Made by a program: the position numbers and the translations under genes. The notes below the pieces were generated by a model that saw nothing but the letters and a program-made list of their open reading frames with translations, did not search any database and had not been told where the DNA came from. A stretch of DNA of 64,000 nt from Eledone cirrhosa (Eukaryota): the NCBI GenBank assembly GCA_964016885.1, contig OZ024745.1, positions 68,944,001 through 69,008,000 on the forward strand, in the 5' to 3' direction. The first letter of the stretch is position 1; each line of letters begins with the position of its first letter. Below are positions 1-12,155 of this stretch, piece by piece.

Positions 1-619
1 TTTGTTGACATTACTGAAGGTTGATGTTTACACTGAAACATCAACTGAAATCCTGTTGTGTAAAAAAATAGAAATTAAAGCTGCTCATATCCTTTTGATT
101 CGATCACCATCATGGGATAAATGGAAATATGTTATTCAGTTTGACTAGAAGGTACTTGAGTATCATCGTCCTCCTTTTATGTTCACTTTCTATGATGATA
201 TGGGTTGGATGATCTAAGACTCAACAAGTCAGAGAGACATTATCTTGCTCATACATTCCATATTTTAGCACCTATTACTAATATAATGAGCAGTTTGAAA
301 TAGGGTCTACATTTCACATCTGTCCGGGGTTAATTATCAGTTTGTACAGGCCTGGTCATGGCTGGAATGCCTTTGATTATAAGTCTACTTCATTCAAGTC
401 TGACCTGGAGCAAAACTACAATATTCCTCATGTCTCTACAAATGTGGTTTAACCCTGACCACATTACTAGCTTAAAACCACATAAACAAATTTGACAAAC
501 AGTTTTAGTATTAACAGTACCAAGAAGAACTGATATATAGTTGACACTATTTAGTTTCAGTGAAGTAGTAGCAGAGACTAATTTTCTTTCGGCTTCAAAA
601 GAACTACAAGAGAGAAAAC

Positions 620-945
620 ATCATCATTTCAATCATTATTTTAGGTCTGTTTTCCATTATGGTATTGGTCAGATATGGCCAGATAATTATGTCTTGCTCA
701 TATGTTTCTATGGATGGATGCATTTCATAATGCTACCTACTAGAGTGTGATGGGTGCATTTTATTGTGGCACAAACATTACTACTTACAGAGTATACTAG
801 GTACATTTTATTACAGCACCAGCACTTCACAAAGTGTACTTGGGGAATTTCATTGTGGCACCAGTACTACCCTTGCATTGAGTGCACTACCACTTTACAG
901 AGTGGACTGGGAGCATTTCATTGTGGGTTCAGCACTCTCACTTAC
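620..945 (-). mobile_element. SINE 3' half (RTE-type tail) with internal ~46-48-bp tandem units
   Basis: CATCATTT...TTTCCAT tail on plus followed by repeated GGGTGCATTTTATTGTGGCAC...CACTTTACAGAGT units, reverse complement of the SINE body seen at 29331-29648 and 11890-12155. Confidence 0.6.
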
Positions 946-1586
946 AGATGTAAAATAAAAATAGGATAAATTTACAGTCCAAGGAAACTACTGGTAAAAC
1001 TGACTTGGTAAATATTATTTAGTAAAATTATCAAAATATCTGATATAGTGGAAAGAATTAAAAACATTTCAAATGCAGATGGTACAGAATCGTCAATGCT
1101 ATTAAAGTAATTTTGTAACTTGCATATATACGATGATATATTTTCTGGTTTCTATAACCAGCATAAAACTACTTTACAAGCATTTTAAATCCCATCTTGG
1201 CAGAAATTTAATAGGATAAGGTTATTACTGACTGTTATAGTAGCCTAGCCAAAGGATCCTGGCATGGATTTCTATATAAACAGCTGCTGCAACTAGAGAT
1301 GCTTAAGTGTGCCAAGAAAGTAATTTAAAGAAATGTTTCATTTTTGAAAATTAGCTCATTGCTAGAGATAGTCATGAAAGATGGCAGCAAGCTCCAATTC
1401 AATAACCGTCACTATCACTTAAAAGTGAAGATAAACATTGCTTTTAGCTGTTGATTTTTTCTTTTTTTCATATACATCTTTACTTGAAGCAGTTAGAGGG
1501 GATGTTGTGTGTTTCCTTTATTATTATTTAAATTCATATTCATAGTTTGCTCTAGGATTCTTCATTTGAAAATATTTTGTTGTTGT

Positions 1587-1631
1587 AGAGAGAGAGAGAG
1601 AGAGATAGATAGATAGAGAGAGAGAGAGAGA
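1587..1631. repeat. (GA)n/(GATA)n microsatellite
   Basis: Directly visible. Confidence 0.95.
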
Positions 1632-1881
1632 AAACGTGTTATTGTTTAACCCCCAAGTTAATCCTGACTGAGAAGCCCCACATTAATGATGTTACAACTA
1701 TGTCTATTCCATATAGTTTTTTTTTCATACATAGTATATCTCGAACTACATTAGCTAGTGAGTCTTTCCTTTAATAAAATAGACAAGCATTCTTTTAGTG
1801 GTATCATACTGCATTGCTGTTTTTAACAGGTCCTGTGACTAGTGATTCCTAAACTTATTTTGTTGTGGGATCCAAATAAAA

Positions 1882-2064
1882 CAATACAGTGCCCCTACAA
1901 CTCTATCAGGAGTTATGAGTCCATACATGCATACAATCTCTTATTAATATTAGAGTAATGGGTATTATATTTTATGTATAATCTCCACCACTCTAATTTT
2001 AATAAGACATTGTATGCATGTATGGTCCCTTAACTCCTGATAGAGTTGTAGGGGTGCCGTATTG
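1882..2064. repeat. Inverted repeat, 88-bp arms, 7-nt loop
   Basis: CCCCTACAACTCTATCAGGAGTTA...CCATACATGCATACAAT pairs with ATTGTATGCATGTATGG...TAACTCCTGATAGAGTTGTAGGGG; about 12 mismatches by manual alignment; loop 1970-1976. Confidence 0.95.
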
Positions 2065-4054
2065 ACAGCCAGTGTTTCTTGGGCATTTTAAACCTCACAG
2101 AACCCATCCCTCTCCAGGCCTGAGTACAGCAGATTTCTTCCAGAGAAGGATAGGAAGTGAGAGAGTGGAAATGAAATAGAGATATAGAGGAAGGATTGAC
2201 CCCAGATTCTTATAAAAAGACACTTTATCCTGGAGAATCCCAGAATGGTTTTGCTGAATGAACCAACTCTGTCTGGGAAACATTAGGGGGAGTCATTCTC
2301 ATTACCTTTAAAAACATGGATGGATACAATAACAAGCATTTTGAGAAGACTTTCTCTGCTAAAGCAGGGTTTAGCCCTCAGAGTACCATGGCAAGCTTCT
2401 CCATTTTGCCATATACTCTTCATCCCACCTCACAAAACACCTGACTTTTATTTCCTCCTACATCATCTTTAGTCATGTCTTTGTCTTCTTCCTCTACTTC
2501 TTTCTACATGTATTTCCATAACTCCTCCTACCCAGTCAATTTCACTCTTCTTCAACACATGACCCAGCCATCTCATTCCATTTCTCTTCACAACCTCTAT
2601 CACTCGATCTATTACCATCATCAGCAATTCATGTACTCCCCAAGCACCATGGACAAAGTGGAAAAAGAGAACTTCTGTTAAGTGGTTATTGACATGAAAG
2701 AAGCTAATATATATTTAGACACACTGTGCCACGCTGAATCTCTCTGAATATTACATTATAGATACATGTAATTGTGGAGTGCTAAGCCACTTACATGTTA
2801 ATTCCACACTAGTCTGTTCCACTGATCAAACAACTAGAACACTCATCGTCAAAATCGACAGAGGTCCATTTCATTCCATACAAAAATATTGATAAATAAC
2901 AATTTCTTATATTGATAGGGAGCCAAAAATTTAGATCAGAAGAAATATAAACATTTAAATCAGCTCTTCTACATAAATGGCATTTTTATTGATTTAAACT
3001 CAGAAGAGTGATGGAACTAAATACTGAAAAGCATTTGGTTCATTGCTTCACTGATTCCGCATTCCACCACCCTGTCACCCTCCCTCAATATATTGATATG
3101 CAATGAATAATAATGATAATTTATTGTATATTTTAATTAAAAACTCGTTTATTTTGGCAAATACAGAAATAAGGACATATTTTACTTTCATAACAACTTT
3201 GACCTATAGATTAAAGATTATAGAAATAACATCTAAAAAACTATTTTACACCATTTTAGCATCAACTTCAATGATGTATGTTGAAATTAAAATAGTAAAC
3301 AACAGAAAAATATGATTTTTTTCATGAAGCCAAGACTATTTTAATGTTAATTACATATAAACATATTGTATATGAGTCCAAATACATTTTTATTGTGAAT
3401 CATGCTGTGATAGTGCTATCTTTAATTAAAACTAACTAGTCAAGCTCACATTATTTGCAGGTAAGACTTCTGCAAGAATAGTTTATTTACAAAATCTCTA
3501 AGATATTTTTCTTTTGTCCTTTCTGGGCTGATAAAATAAAGTACCAGTCCATGGCATTGACATGGTAAAATTGGTAGAACCTCAGACGAGATGAATTACA
3601 GTGTCTGTCCTGGCTCTCTAACTTAAGATTTAAAACCAGCTAGGTTCAACTTTGACTGATCCTTTGGGTAGTAATAAAATAAAGTCCCACTCCATGACAG
3701 TGTACTGATGGAATTGTTAGATCATTAGATGAGATGCCTTATAGTACCTGCTCTTGCAATTTATGTTCTGAGTTTAAATTCTGCCAAGGGATTCAGACCC
3801 CACTAATCGCCAGGGCTAATCACCTGATCACATGACTATAACTGATTATGAAGATAGCAGAGGGTGGATGAAGATTGTATCTATCAGTTGCTGCAGTCAA
3901 ACGATAGTGATTAGTGAGATAAAACAGTGAATAGTTTAAAGCCTATCATATTATCTGTATTCTGGTGGCAATTAATATAAATATAAATTGTTAACATGCT
4001 CCTCTAGATGTGCAGTGTTAGTGTGAATAAGTAACAAAGCACAGATAAATTAAG

Positions 4055-4285
4055 AGAAAAGATTGCACTGGTATGGACATGTGATGCATATAAAATATTA
4101 TTTGATGGTAACGGGCCAGGACATACCAAAGAGGAAAATCTAGGCAGAAGGGGTGAAAGCTGATCTAAAGATTCTCAAATTTGAAGAGGAGATGATGAAG
4201 AAATGCAACAGGTGGAGGGAAGATGGACTGGAAAAGACCCATCTAACTTATACATGGAAGGGTGAATGTGAAGGGTGATAATGAA
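4055..4285 (+). mobile_element. Decayed RTE LINE 3' fragment
   Basis: AGATTGCACTGGTATGGACATGTGATG (RLHWYGHVM) and a downstream GR-P-K-W-like segment match the RTE 3' end at 11600-11850 and 61700-61950. Confidence 0.7.
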
Positions 4286-4459
4286 ACTGGTACCTATTTT
4301 TCAGCTGAGATAAAATATGTAGTAGTTATCATGAGGATAGCAATAGCAATGATAATTTGGGCTTAGTTACTTTTTATCATGGAAGAAAAGACAGAGTTCC
4401 ATAAGGTGAATATTGAGGAATGTCTGTAAATAAGTAAATAAATAAAATAACTCATTATT

Positions 4460-4920
4460 TTAGGTTCATTTTTCATGCCAGCATGTATTGGACTGTTTGT
4501 CATCCTCCTAAACGAAACAGGTTGAAGAACCATATCACTGCAGGCTGCATGATTTCTATTGTTCAATACCCTTCCTAATGCCAACCACTTTACAATGTTG
4601 ATGAAGCATTTTATCCTGGGCACCAATACTGCCTCTTTATAGAGGTACTCTTTATATTTGATCATAGAACCAAGACTTTCAATAACCAGGGTGCACGGGG
4701 TACATTTTATTGTGATACCAACACTACCATGTCCCAGTGTGTACTGAGTGCATTTTATTGTGATTCCAACACTACCATGTCACAGTGTGCACTGAGTGCA
4801 TTTTATTGTGATTCCAACACTACTATCTCTCCGTGTATACTGAGTACATTTAAATGAGGTACCAACACTACTACTTGATAGTGTGTATTCAGTGCATTTT
4901 ATGATAGCACCAGCACTGTA
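4460..4920 (-). mobile_element. SINE 3' half with 48-bp tandem array (~4.5 units, 4698-4915)
   Basis: Unit GAGTGCATTTTATTGTGATTCCAACACTACCATGTCACAGTGTGCACT starts at 4746 and 4794; CCTTCCTAATGCCAACCACTTTAC SINE motif upstream. Confidence 0.75.
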
Positions 4921-5499
4921 TAGGTTGTGTTCTCAGCGGGATGAAAAAGAACTTCTCACTCCTACAATATCTTCATTCTATTCTCTTGAATACTTAAAGT
5001 TAAAGACCATTTGCATAATATATTTTCCATAGAATCCTCATGGGGTTGGGAAGATTTGGGGATTTGTTTACAGCTAAGAGTAATCCTAAGTACCACCCAC
5101 ATTATCATGAAATGAAATCAGGATCATATTCTCAAGAAGATAGATTAAGATATTAGATTTAAACAATTAGAAAATGTTATTTGGCACAAATACAGAATTC
5201 AATGTCTAAAGAGGGTTTGAATCTATAAAGTAATACCTAGCACATTAACTCTTTATACACTACTGGCACTTTAACCCTTTTGTTACTGTATTTCTAATGA
5301 ATTTAATAACAATTAAGAAGCTGGAGATATTTAGTAATATAACTAACATACTCATTATTAATCTGTTGTTTGGCATATATTCTTACATAAATAATGATGG
5401 AAGATTTATAAACACATAAACATTTAGAAATAAACAGCCTAAGTATAGTAGAATGAGGGGTGGTATCAAAATGATTAACATACAAACATCACTCATGCC

Positions 5500-6010
5500 C
5501 CAACTATCATTCATTCAGCCCCATCGATCACTGTGGAGTATAGGCCATTGATGACCATCTGCCCTCATACATGATCCTGGACTACTCTCGCTACTCCACT
5601 CCAGTTTACTTCTAGTTTTCTTAATCAGCCTTAGTGTCACGCCTCCAGCTGCCACGAGGCTGGCCTCTTTTTCTTTTACCCTGTGAGTTCCAGGTCAGAG
5701 ATTAGTGTGTGGTCCTGGATGCTGGTTTCCTGAGGGTGTGTCCAATCCAGCTCCACTTCCTCTGCAGAATCTTCTTTGCTGTTGCTTCCTCTCCCTCTTG
5801 CTGCCACAGATCTTTGTTTCTGATTTTCTCCGGCCATTTGATGATGTAGATGTACCTCAGACAAGTGTTGAAGAATGTCTGGATCTTCTGCTTCATCTTC
5901 TTTGTTGTCATCCAAGTTTCACATCTGTACAGCAGTACAGCTTTCACATTGGAGTTGAAAATGTGAAGTTTAGTTCTTGGGCAGATCTCTTTTGACTTCC
6001 ATTTCATTGT
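5500..6010 (-). mobile_element. RTE-clade LINE 3' fragment (different family from the 61.7-kb element)
   Basis: ORF 5702-6043 TKLHIFNSNVKAVLLYRCETW...FFNTCLR...KWSWIGHTLRK is the typical post-RT C-terminus of RTE-like elements. Confidence 0.85.
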
Positions 6011-6099
6011 TGTTGCTTCATGTTCTGGCAGACAGAATTGCAAATGTTTTACCCCGAAGGATAGCAGATGTGCTGAAAGAGCCAGAGCAGTGAGTAAGG

Positions 6100-6400
6100 A
6101 GAAGAATTGCGTATGCCGTCATCAGAAGTAGCCACTGCTATGAGTTCAATGAAGAACCCCTTGCAGTTTTAAGCCTATTGGGTAACATAGCCTGGGTTTG
6201 GGTCTGATGCTGGTTTTACTAGGTTGCCACTGGAGAAAGTATCACTACAAGTTGCATCCCAGATGAGAGGATTATAACCTTGGAATAGTAAGATTGTGAT
6301 GTTTGATTTTTTGCCATCTTCTTGGTTTAACCCTGTCACTTCCAGCAGTGATGGGATGCCAGCCACATTTAATAATCTCATTGAGATTGGCATGTACTGG
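6100..6400 (-). mobile_element. CRE-clade non-LTR retrotransposon RLE fragment (decayed)
   Basis: AGIPSLLEVTGLNQEDGKK...PLIWDATCSDTFS matches the RLE region of the 31.3-kb copy (GFPSQLELVGLDQRDGNR...ALI*DATCSNTFS). Confidence 0.75.
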
Positions 6401-7951
6401 GAAGTAGCCATTGCTGAAGTGGCATGATAGTTGGTGGAGTCAAAAACATCACTCATTATTCCTAAATATGCTACACATTATATTTATTAGATTATTAGGA
6501 ATAGGTGGATGGCATTTTAAAAATGTAATATGCTGCTAATTATGACTAAAAATAGCCTGAGCTATGTTTATCTCTATCATTTCATAATTCAGGGGAACTA
6601 ACTATAAAATTATATATTTTATAACATGCTACAAGAAATAGGAAACATAAGATAGTTTGTAGCTTAGGTATCTAATATAATTAACACTAAGATATGTTTT
6701 TGTTTATGAAAAAAGAATTCAATACAATGCATGAAAATGGACCCTATTCTAAGTACACTTAGGTCCCAAATAATAGAGTGGGGGTTGGACATGTGCTTAA
6801 ATTCTTATAAGCGAGAGGGAATCATTCGTAAATATAGGTCTTCTTGTAATGTTCTTGTTTTATCATATATAATGTTTTTTTTAATGTAAAATAAAATTAT
6901 TATTAGATTCTCCAGCTGCTGTATGAATATGAATCACTTACAATAACATTTTGCCAGAGATAAATTAGCAAAATTTAATAGGCGGGAGGATTGAAATAAA
7001 TCTGAAAAATTAATAAGCGGGAGATAGGGGGGATTATTTAAGAACTGCTATGAGAAATAAACTATGAGAAATAAATTCAGCACACACAGTATATACTTAT
7101 GTAAAACACACACAGTATACACTTATGTAAAAGTTACCTATTTTTTAATTTAAAATTTGCATGTTTCAATGTATCTCATGTAAAAATCAGCCATAGTTCT
7201 TCATGGACAACAAATCAACATTTGGGAAGAAATATTACAATGAAGAAATCAATTTTACACCACTGTTAGGTTCAAATGTGCATAAGTGAAAATATTCACA
7301 AATGCTATGTTACTCTATTTATGTGTTTTGGTAGTTACATGGTGTGTTTTGATCCACAGCAACATGGTATTATTGCTGTAACAGTGCAGTGATTGGGGAT
7401 TGGTGAAATTGTTATAAGTTGAAAAGGATTTTTGGAGGCATGTGTTCCTTCCCTTTTTATAAAATTTAACCCACAGGCTAATCTGAACATTTGGTAGCAT
7501 GCAGGAACATATCTAAGCAGGATACAAGCTTCCAGCCCAACTAATGGGTTAGTAGCTTTGCTTAAATACTGACCTGGTCTGTTGATAGCCAGTCCAACAC
7601 TTACTGGAAGGAAAATATATGTTAAACAATGATGTAATAACCAGCTCTCTATTTTCAACTGCCTTTTTGTTGGCTTTTATGGGCTATGTAGTCTATCTTG
7701 AGCCTAGGAGTTGATTAGGCTGTTTCATTGGCTTTATGGGACTAATAGTATAAGACACTGCCTTGGATGGGACGTTAATCTATTGTAACATTAACTTCCA
7801 GCAGCTGATGGTACTCATTTTCAACTGAGGTAACTGGAGCAACACAAAGAGTTTTACTGAAGAACACAACATGCTGCCTAGTTGGGGAGTCAAATCCACT
7901 ACTAGGCCATATCTCTCCATAATATAATAGTATACAACAGCCTATTTCATG

Positions 7952-8207
7952 TTAACTCTTGATACCAGCCCATCCAAAACTAACTGTGTGGACTTGTTTC
8001 AAAGAATCAAGAGTTTCTATGAAACAAAGCCTCACATTTCCAATGGTTTCTATTTAACTTAAACTTGTCTCAGAGAATTTTATATAAGACCCTTTTGTTA
8101 GGTTATATTATAAATACCATCTTAATGAAAAAAAATTAATAAAAATTATTCATTAATCAATTCAAATACAGTGTATTTCATTAGAAATATGGCAATGGAA
8201 GGGTTAA
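7952..8207. mobile_element. TTAA-flanked (piggyBac-like) MITE
   Basis: TTAACTCTTTGATACC ... GAAGGGTTAA ends; same family as 26796-27050. Confidence 0.55.
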
Positions 8208-9834
8208 ACTAATTCTAGACCTACATACACAACCAGATGGATGTTTTCTATAGCCACATGGGAGTATAATTTGCCTAAATGATTCAAGTTTTCATTTATT
8301 AACAAATTCATTACATTTATTAAATTTACTAATTTAGAAATTATTATTGACATTCCATGTAAAAATTTGTACCTAAGTTATTTTATGTAATTATTAATTA
8401 GTATCAAAGGACAGAAAACTAATTTTGTTATATCATTTGTACATCAAGGAATCATAGAATGATAATTATAATTAACATCATACTTAATATTCACATATAA
8501 ATCTATGAAAATATAAGTTAAAACATTATTATCCTCATTTTATATCCATTTTCCATGCTGGCATGTGCTGGAAGGGTTGTCATGTTCTGAGACTAGACAG
8601 GTTGGATGACCACGTCCACCTCATATTTTCCTGTTCTATGTGGGTTTTATGGCTGAATGCCTTTCCTAATGCCAACCACTTTACAGCATTTACTGGGTAC
8701 AATTTAAAGCTCACACACAAGCCTTAGGTTAACTCAAGGCTGTGGTCAATGACACTTGCTCAAGATTCCACACAATGAGATTGGAGTGGGAAACATGATT
8801 GCAATATGAGCTACATAATGCTGACACCATCAAATATACATACAAACTTAAATATTCTTAAGACATCAGGCAAATAAACCACCATAACAGCACTATCAGA
8901 TATAATATTGCATATTGTTTTGACGACAAACATTTTATGAGGATACAGTTACATAAACTTATTAGAAAATACCTCTTACCACCAGGCAGTCTGTGAATGC
9001 AAATGTCTTGTCTGAATTTGTATGTTTGGTTAAGTAATAAATTAGTACTATTATGTTTTCTTACCATTATTGTCTAAATAATTTAGTCTGGGGCATTATT
9101 TGATGTTGATCGTTATTGCAACTAGAGATAGTTGAAATGGAATAAAATAAAATGGTGTAACAATTGTTTGATTAATGGAATAGCTCACTCAAGAAATTAA
9201 TGTATAAATGGTTAAACATTCTTCAGATACGTGTAACCTTAATGTTATTTTAACCTTTTAATGTTCAAACCGGCCAAAACTGGCCAGAATTCTCTACCTC
9301 TTTCTGTTGAAACTAACTGTAACTGGTCGCTCAAACTGATGTTAAGGTATTGTTCTCAAAATAAATACTCTCAAAATCTCATAGATTCGATATTATGTGA
9401 GATAATTATGCGAGGTGTAGCCTTTACCATGAAAATATAATAGTATATATAGAGTAATGTGAATGCTAAAGGGTTAACGGAGATTCATTGTGAAATTGGG
9501 TTAATGGAAGCTGTTTCAAAACCCATTGGATGGAATGTGTCTGTAATTAATAAGGCCACTCTTGTCACACATTGTCATGCTGAATCTTCCAAAAAAATTA
9601 TACTATGGGTACACGTATGTATGAAATGCTCAACAACTTTCATGTTAATTTCCTGAGCAGGCTTCACTATTGATTGAACAATTGGAGTACTCATTGTCAA
9701 AACCAACAGAGGTCCAACAACCACAATAACATGTGAGAGGGAATATAATGTCTTTATTGTTGTTTAAAGAATATGTAAGATGATATGTATATTTGATAGT
9801 GTGGAGGTTGTTCTTGTTGATTAGTTTATACATT

Positions 9835-10140
9835 GTGAAGGCATTTTACTTAGTGGTTAGGGTGTTGTGCTTACAATCATAAGGTTATTTGTTCAATTGC
9901 CAGTCCAGGTGGCATGTTTTATCCTTGAGCAAAACACTTATTTCATTCAAATGGGAAAAAATACATTGCAATGACCCTGGTATCAATCTGTATCAGCTTT
10001 TGCCTATCCCTTGGATAACATTGGTGGAGTGAAGAGGGAGCTTTACATGCATAGGTGACTGCAGATTTACCTCAGATAGTACTTTAGTTAGGCTTGTATC
10101 CTGATGCAATCCCATAGTAAGTCACATTTGAAAGGGACCT
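9835..10140 (+). mobile_element. tRNA-derived SINE (CORE-like body), decayed
   Basis: A-box-like TAGTGGTTAG, B-box-like GTTCAATT, CCTTGAGCAAAACACTT domain as in 29331. Confidence 0.6.
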
Positions 10141-11169
10141 CCATATCTATTTCCAAGTTACCTTCAGGTGTCAAACTGTAGATGAGACTGATTAAATCAG
10201 TAAATAAAAACGGAAATGGTGAGATTAATTACTCTGATAAAATCACAAACATATTAAACCTGTAATAAATCAAAGTATATTATCTAAACACAAACATAGA
10301 ACCTCCCACACACATATATATGAATACATACATTGCTACACACACATACATACATTCACTTACATATCCACACACATACATGGCCACACACATTCATACA
10401 CTCATATACATAGACACACACATACATGGATACAAATACATCCACATATGCACACACACACACACATAACGGCTATTCCCTTAAGTCAAAGAAAGACTCT
10501 CACTAACTATTTAAAAAAAGGAACCATATATTTAAGTTATATTTTGAACAGACTAAACACCTACATGTCTTTTGGCAGAGCTTATAAACAATGCTACATA
10601 TGTGCCATGCATGTCTGTATGCACAATTGCATTCTGAATTATATCACTGTGTTTTTTTCATCTATCAATTCATTTATAAGCATTCCCATATGAGCTACAC
10701 AACTGCACACACAAATACATATACATGTCCATGCACAAGCACACATAGATATACACACATACATAAGTATGTAATATGTATGCATTTGTATAATCTGTAT
10801 GATTATTTAAGACAAAGAAAATTAAGACATATCTGCATGGTAGTTATATTTCCATCAGCTTGTACGTATATTGTACAGAAATGGGGTACCTTAACTGATG
10901 ATGGATTTGTAAGGGTTCTGTCTTAGGCATTTAAACCTGGTATAGCCCATCCCTCTTCAGGTTATAATTAGCTAATTTCTTCTAGGGAAAGTGAGATAAA
11001 TAGAAAGCAAGAAAGAAAAATTAATGAAGAGAATGAGCGAGTGAAAGTGAGAAAGTTATATTGGGTAAAAACGGCCCAGGACTTATACTTATTCATCGAC
11101 ATTTAAAATATGGAAGGCAATGGGTACACAAGAGATGTAGTGGGATCTCAGGAAGCTTAATTAAGAATG

Positions 11170-12155
11170 TAGGATTCACATGCAGCAGCTGTACTGGGAC
11201 AGCAAGCAGCAAATAGCCACAGGAAACAAGTACCACCAATCTCTGGGAGGGCTCTGTAGAGACAGTAGACAGCTTCTGCTACCTAGGTGACCGAATTAGC
11301 AGCGGAGGTGGGTGTTCAGAAAGAACAATAACTAGGGTAAGAACGGGATGGAAGAAGTTCAGGGAACTACTACCACTGCTAGCTGCAAAAGGCTTCTCCC
11401 TCAAAATGAAAGGCAGACTGTATGATGCGTGTATCCAAACAGCAATGTTACATGGTAGTGAGACCTGGGTGCTGAAGGTGGAAGACTTACATAGATTAGA
11501 GAGAAACGAAGCCTGCATGCTCCGATGGACGTGTAATAGTAATATATGCGAACGACAAAGCATAAATGAATTGAGAGAGAGACTGAGAATAAGAGGAATC
11601 AAATGCTGTGTGCAGGAGAGGCGGTTGCGTTGGTATGGACATGTGATGACATGAAGGATGACAGCTGCATAAAAAGGTGCAGAGCACTAGAAGTCGATGG
11701 AAACCGCTGAGTGGGGAGACCCAAGATGGCCTGGGATGAGCTGATAAAAGCCGACCTTACCCAATTACACCTCTCAAAGGCGATGACACACGACCGTGAC
11801 CTCTGGCGTCACGCAGTAATACAGAGTACCCGACCTCCCATGGGTACAAGCTGAAGCATATAGACAATATGCCCCCACACCCTCCCACTGCAAGGTGGTC
11901 GTGGAGGTGCCACGGCAAAAAAGCACCCAGCCCACACTGTAAAGTGGACGTGTAGGCACCACGAAAAAGCACCCAGCACTCACTGTAAATGAGGTTGGTG
12001 TTAGGAAGGGCATCCAGCTGTAGAAATCAAGCCAAATCAGTTCCTGTATGAGCAAGGCATGGTCAGCCGACCAGACACTGCCCACAATAGGACAACCCGT
12101 CTAACCCATGCTAGCGTGGAAGAACGGATGTAAAACGGTGATGATGATGACGATG
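11170..12155 (+). mobile_element. RTE LINE 3' fragment joined to a SINE-type 3' half ending in (GAT)n
   Basis: WVHKRCSG, FCYLGD, KGRLYDACIQTAMLHGSETW, RRLRWYGHVM motifs (ORF 11406-11654); from ~11890 the sequence matches the 3' half of the SINE at 29331-29648. Confidence 0.9.

Noticed and set aside
4698-4915. 48-bp periodic array as CRISPR
   Set aside because: Plain tandem repeat internal to a SINE
10155-10180. Minus-strand micro-exons (also 43917-43935) and an AG|GTAAG site near 3460
   Set aside because: Short motifs expected by chance; the 43.9-kb one lies in an RTE fragment; no gene model supports them
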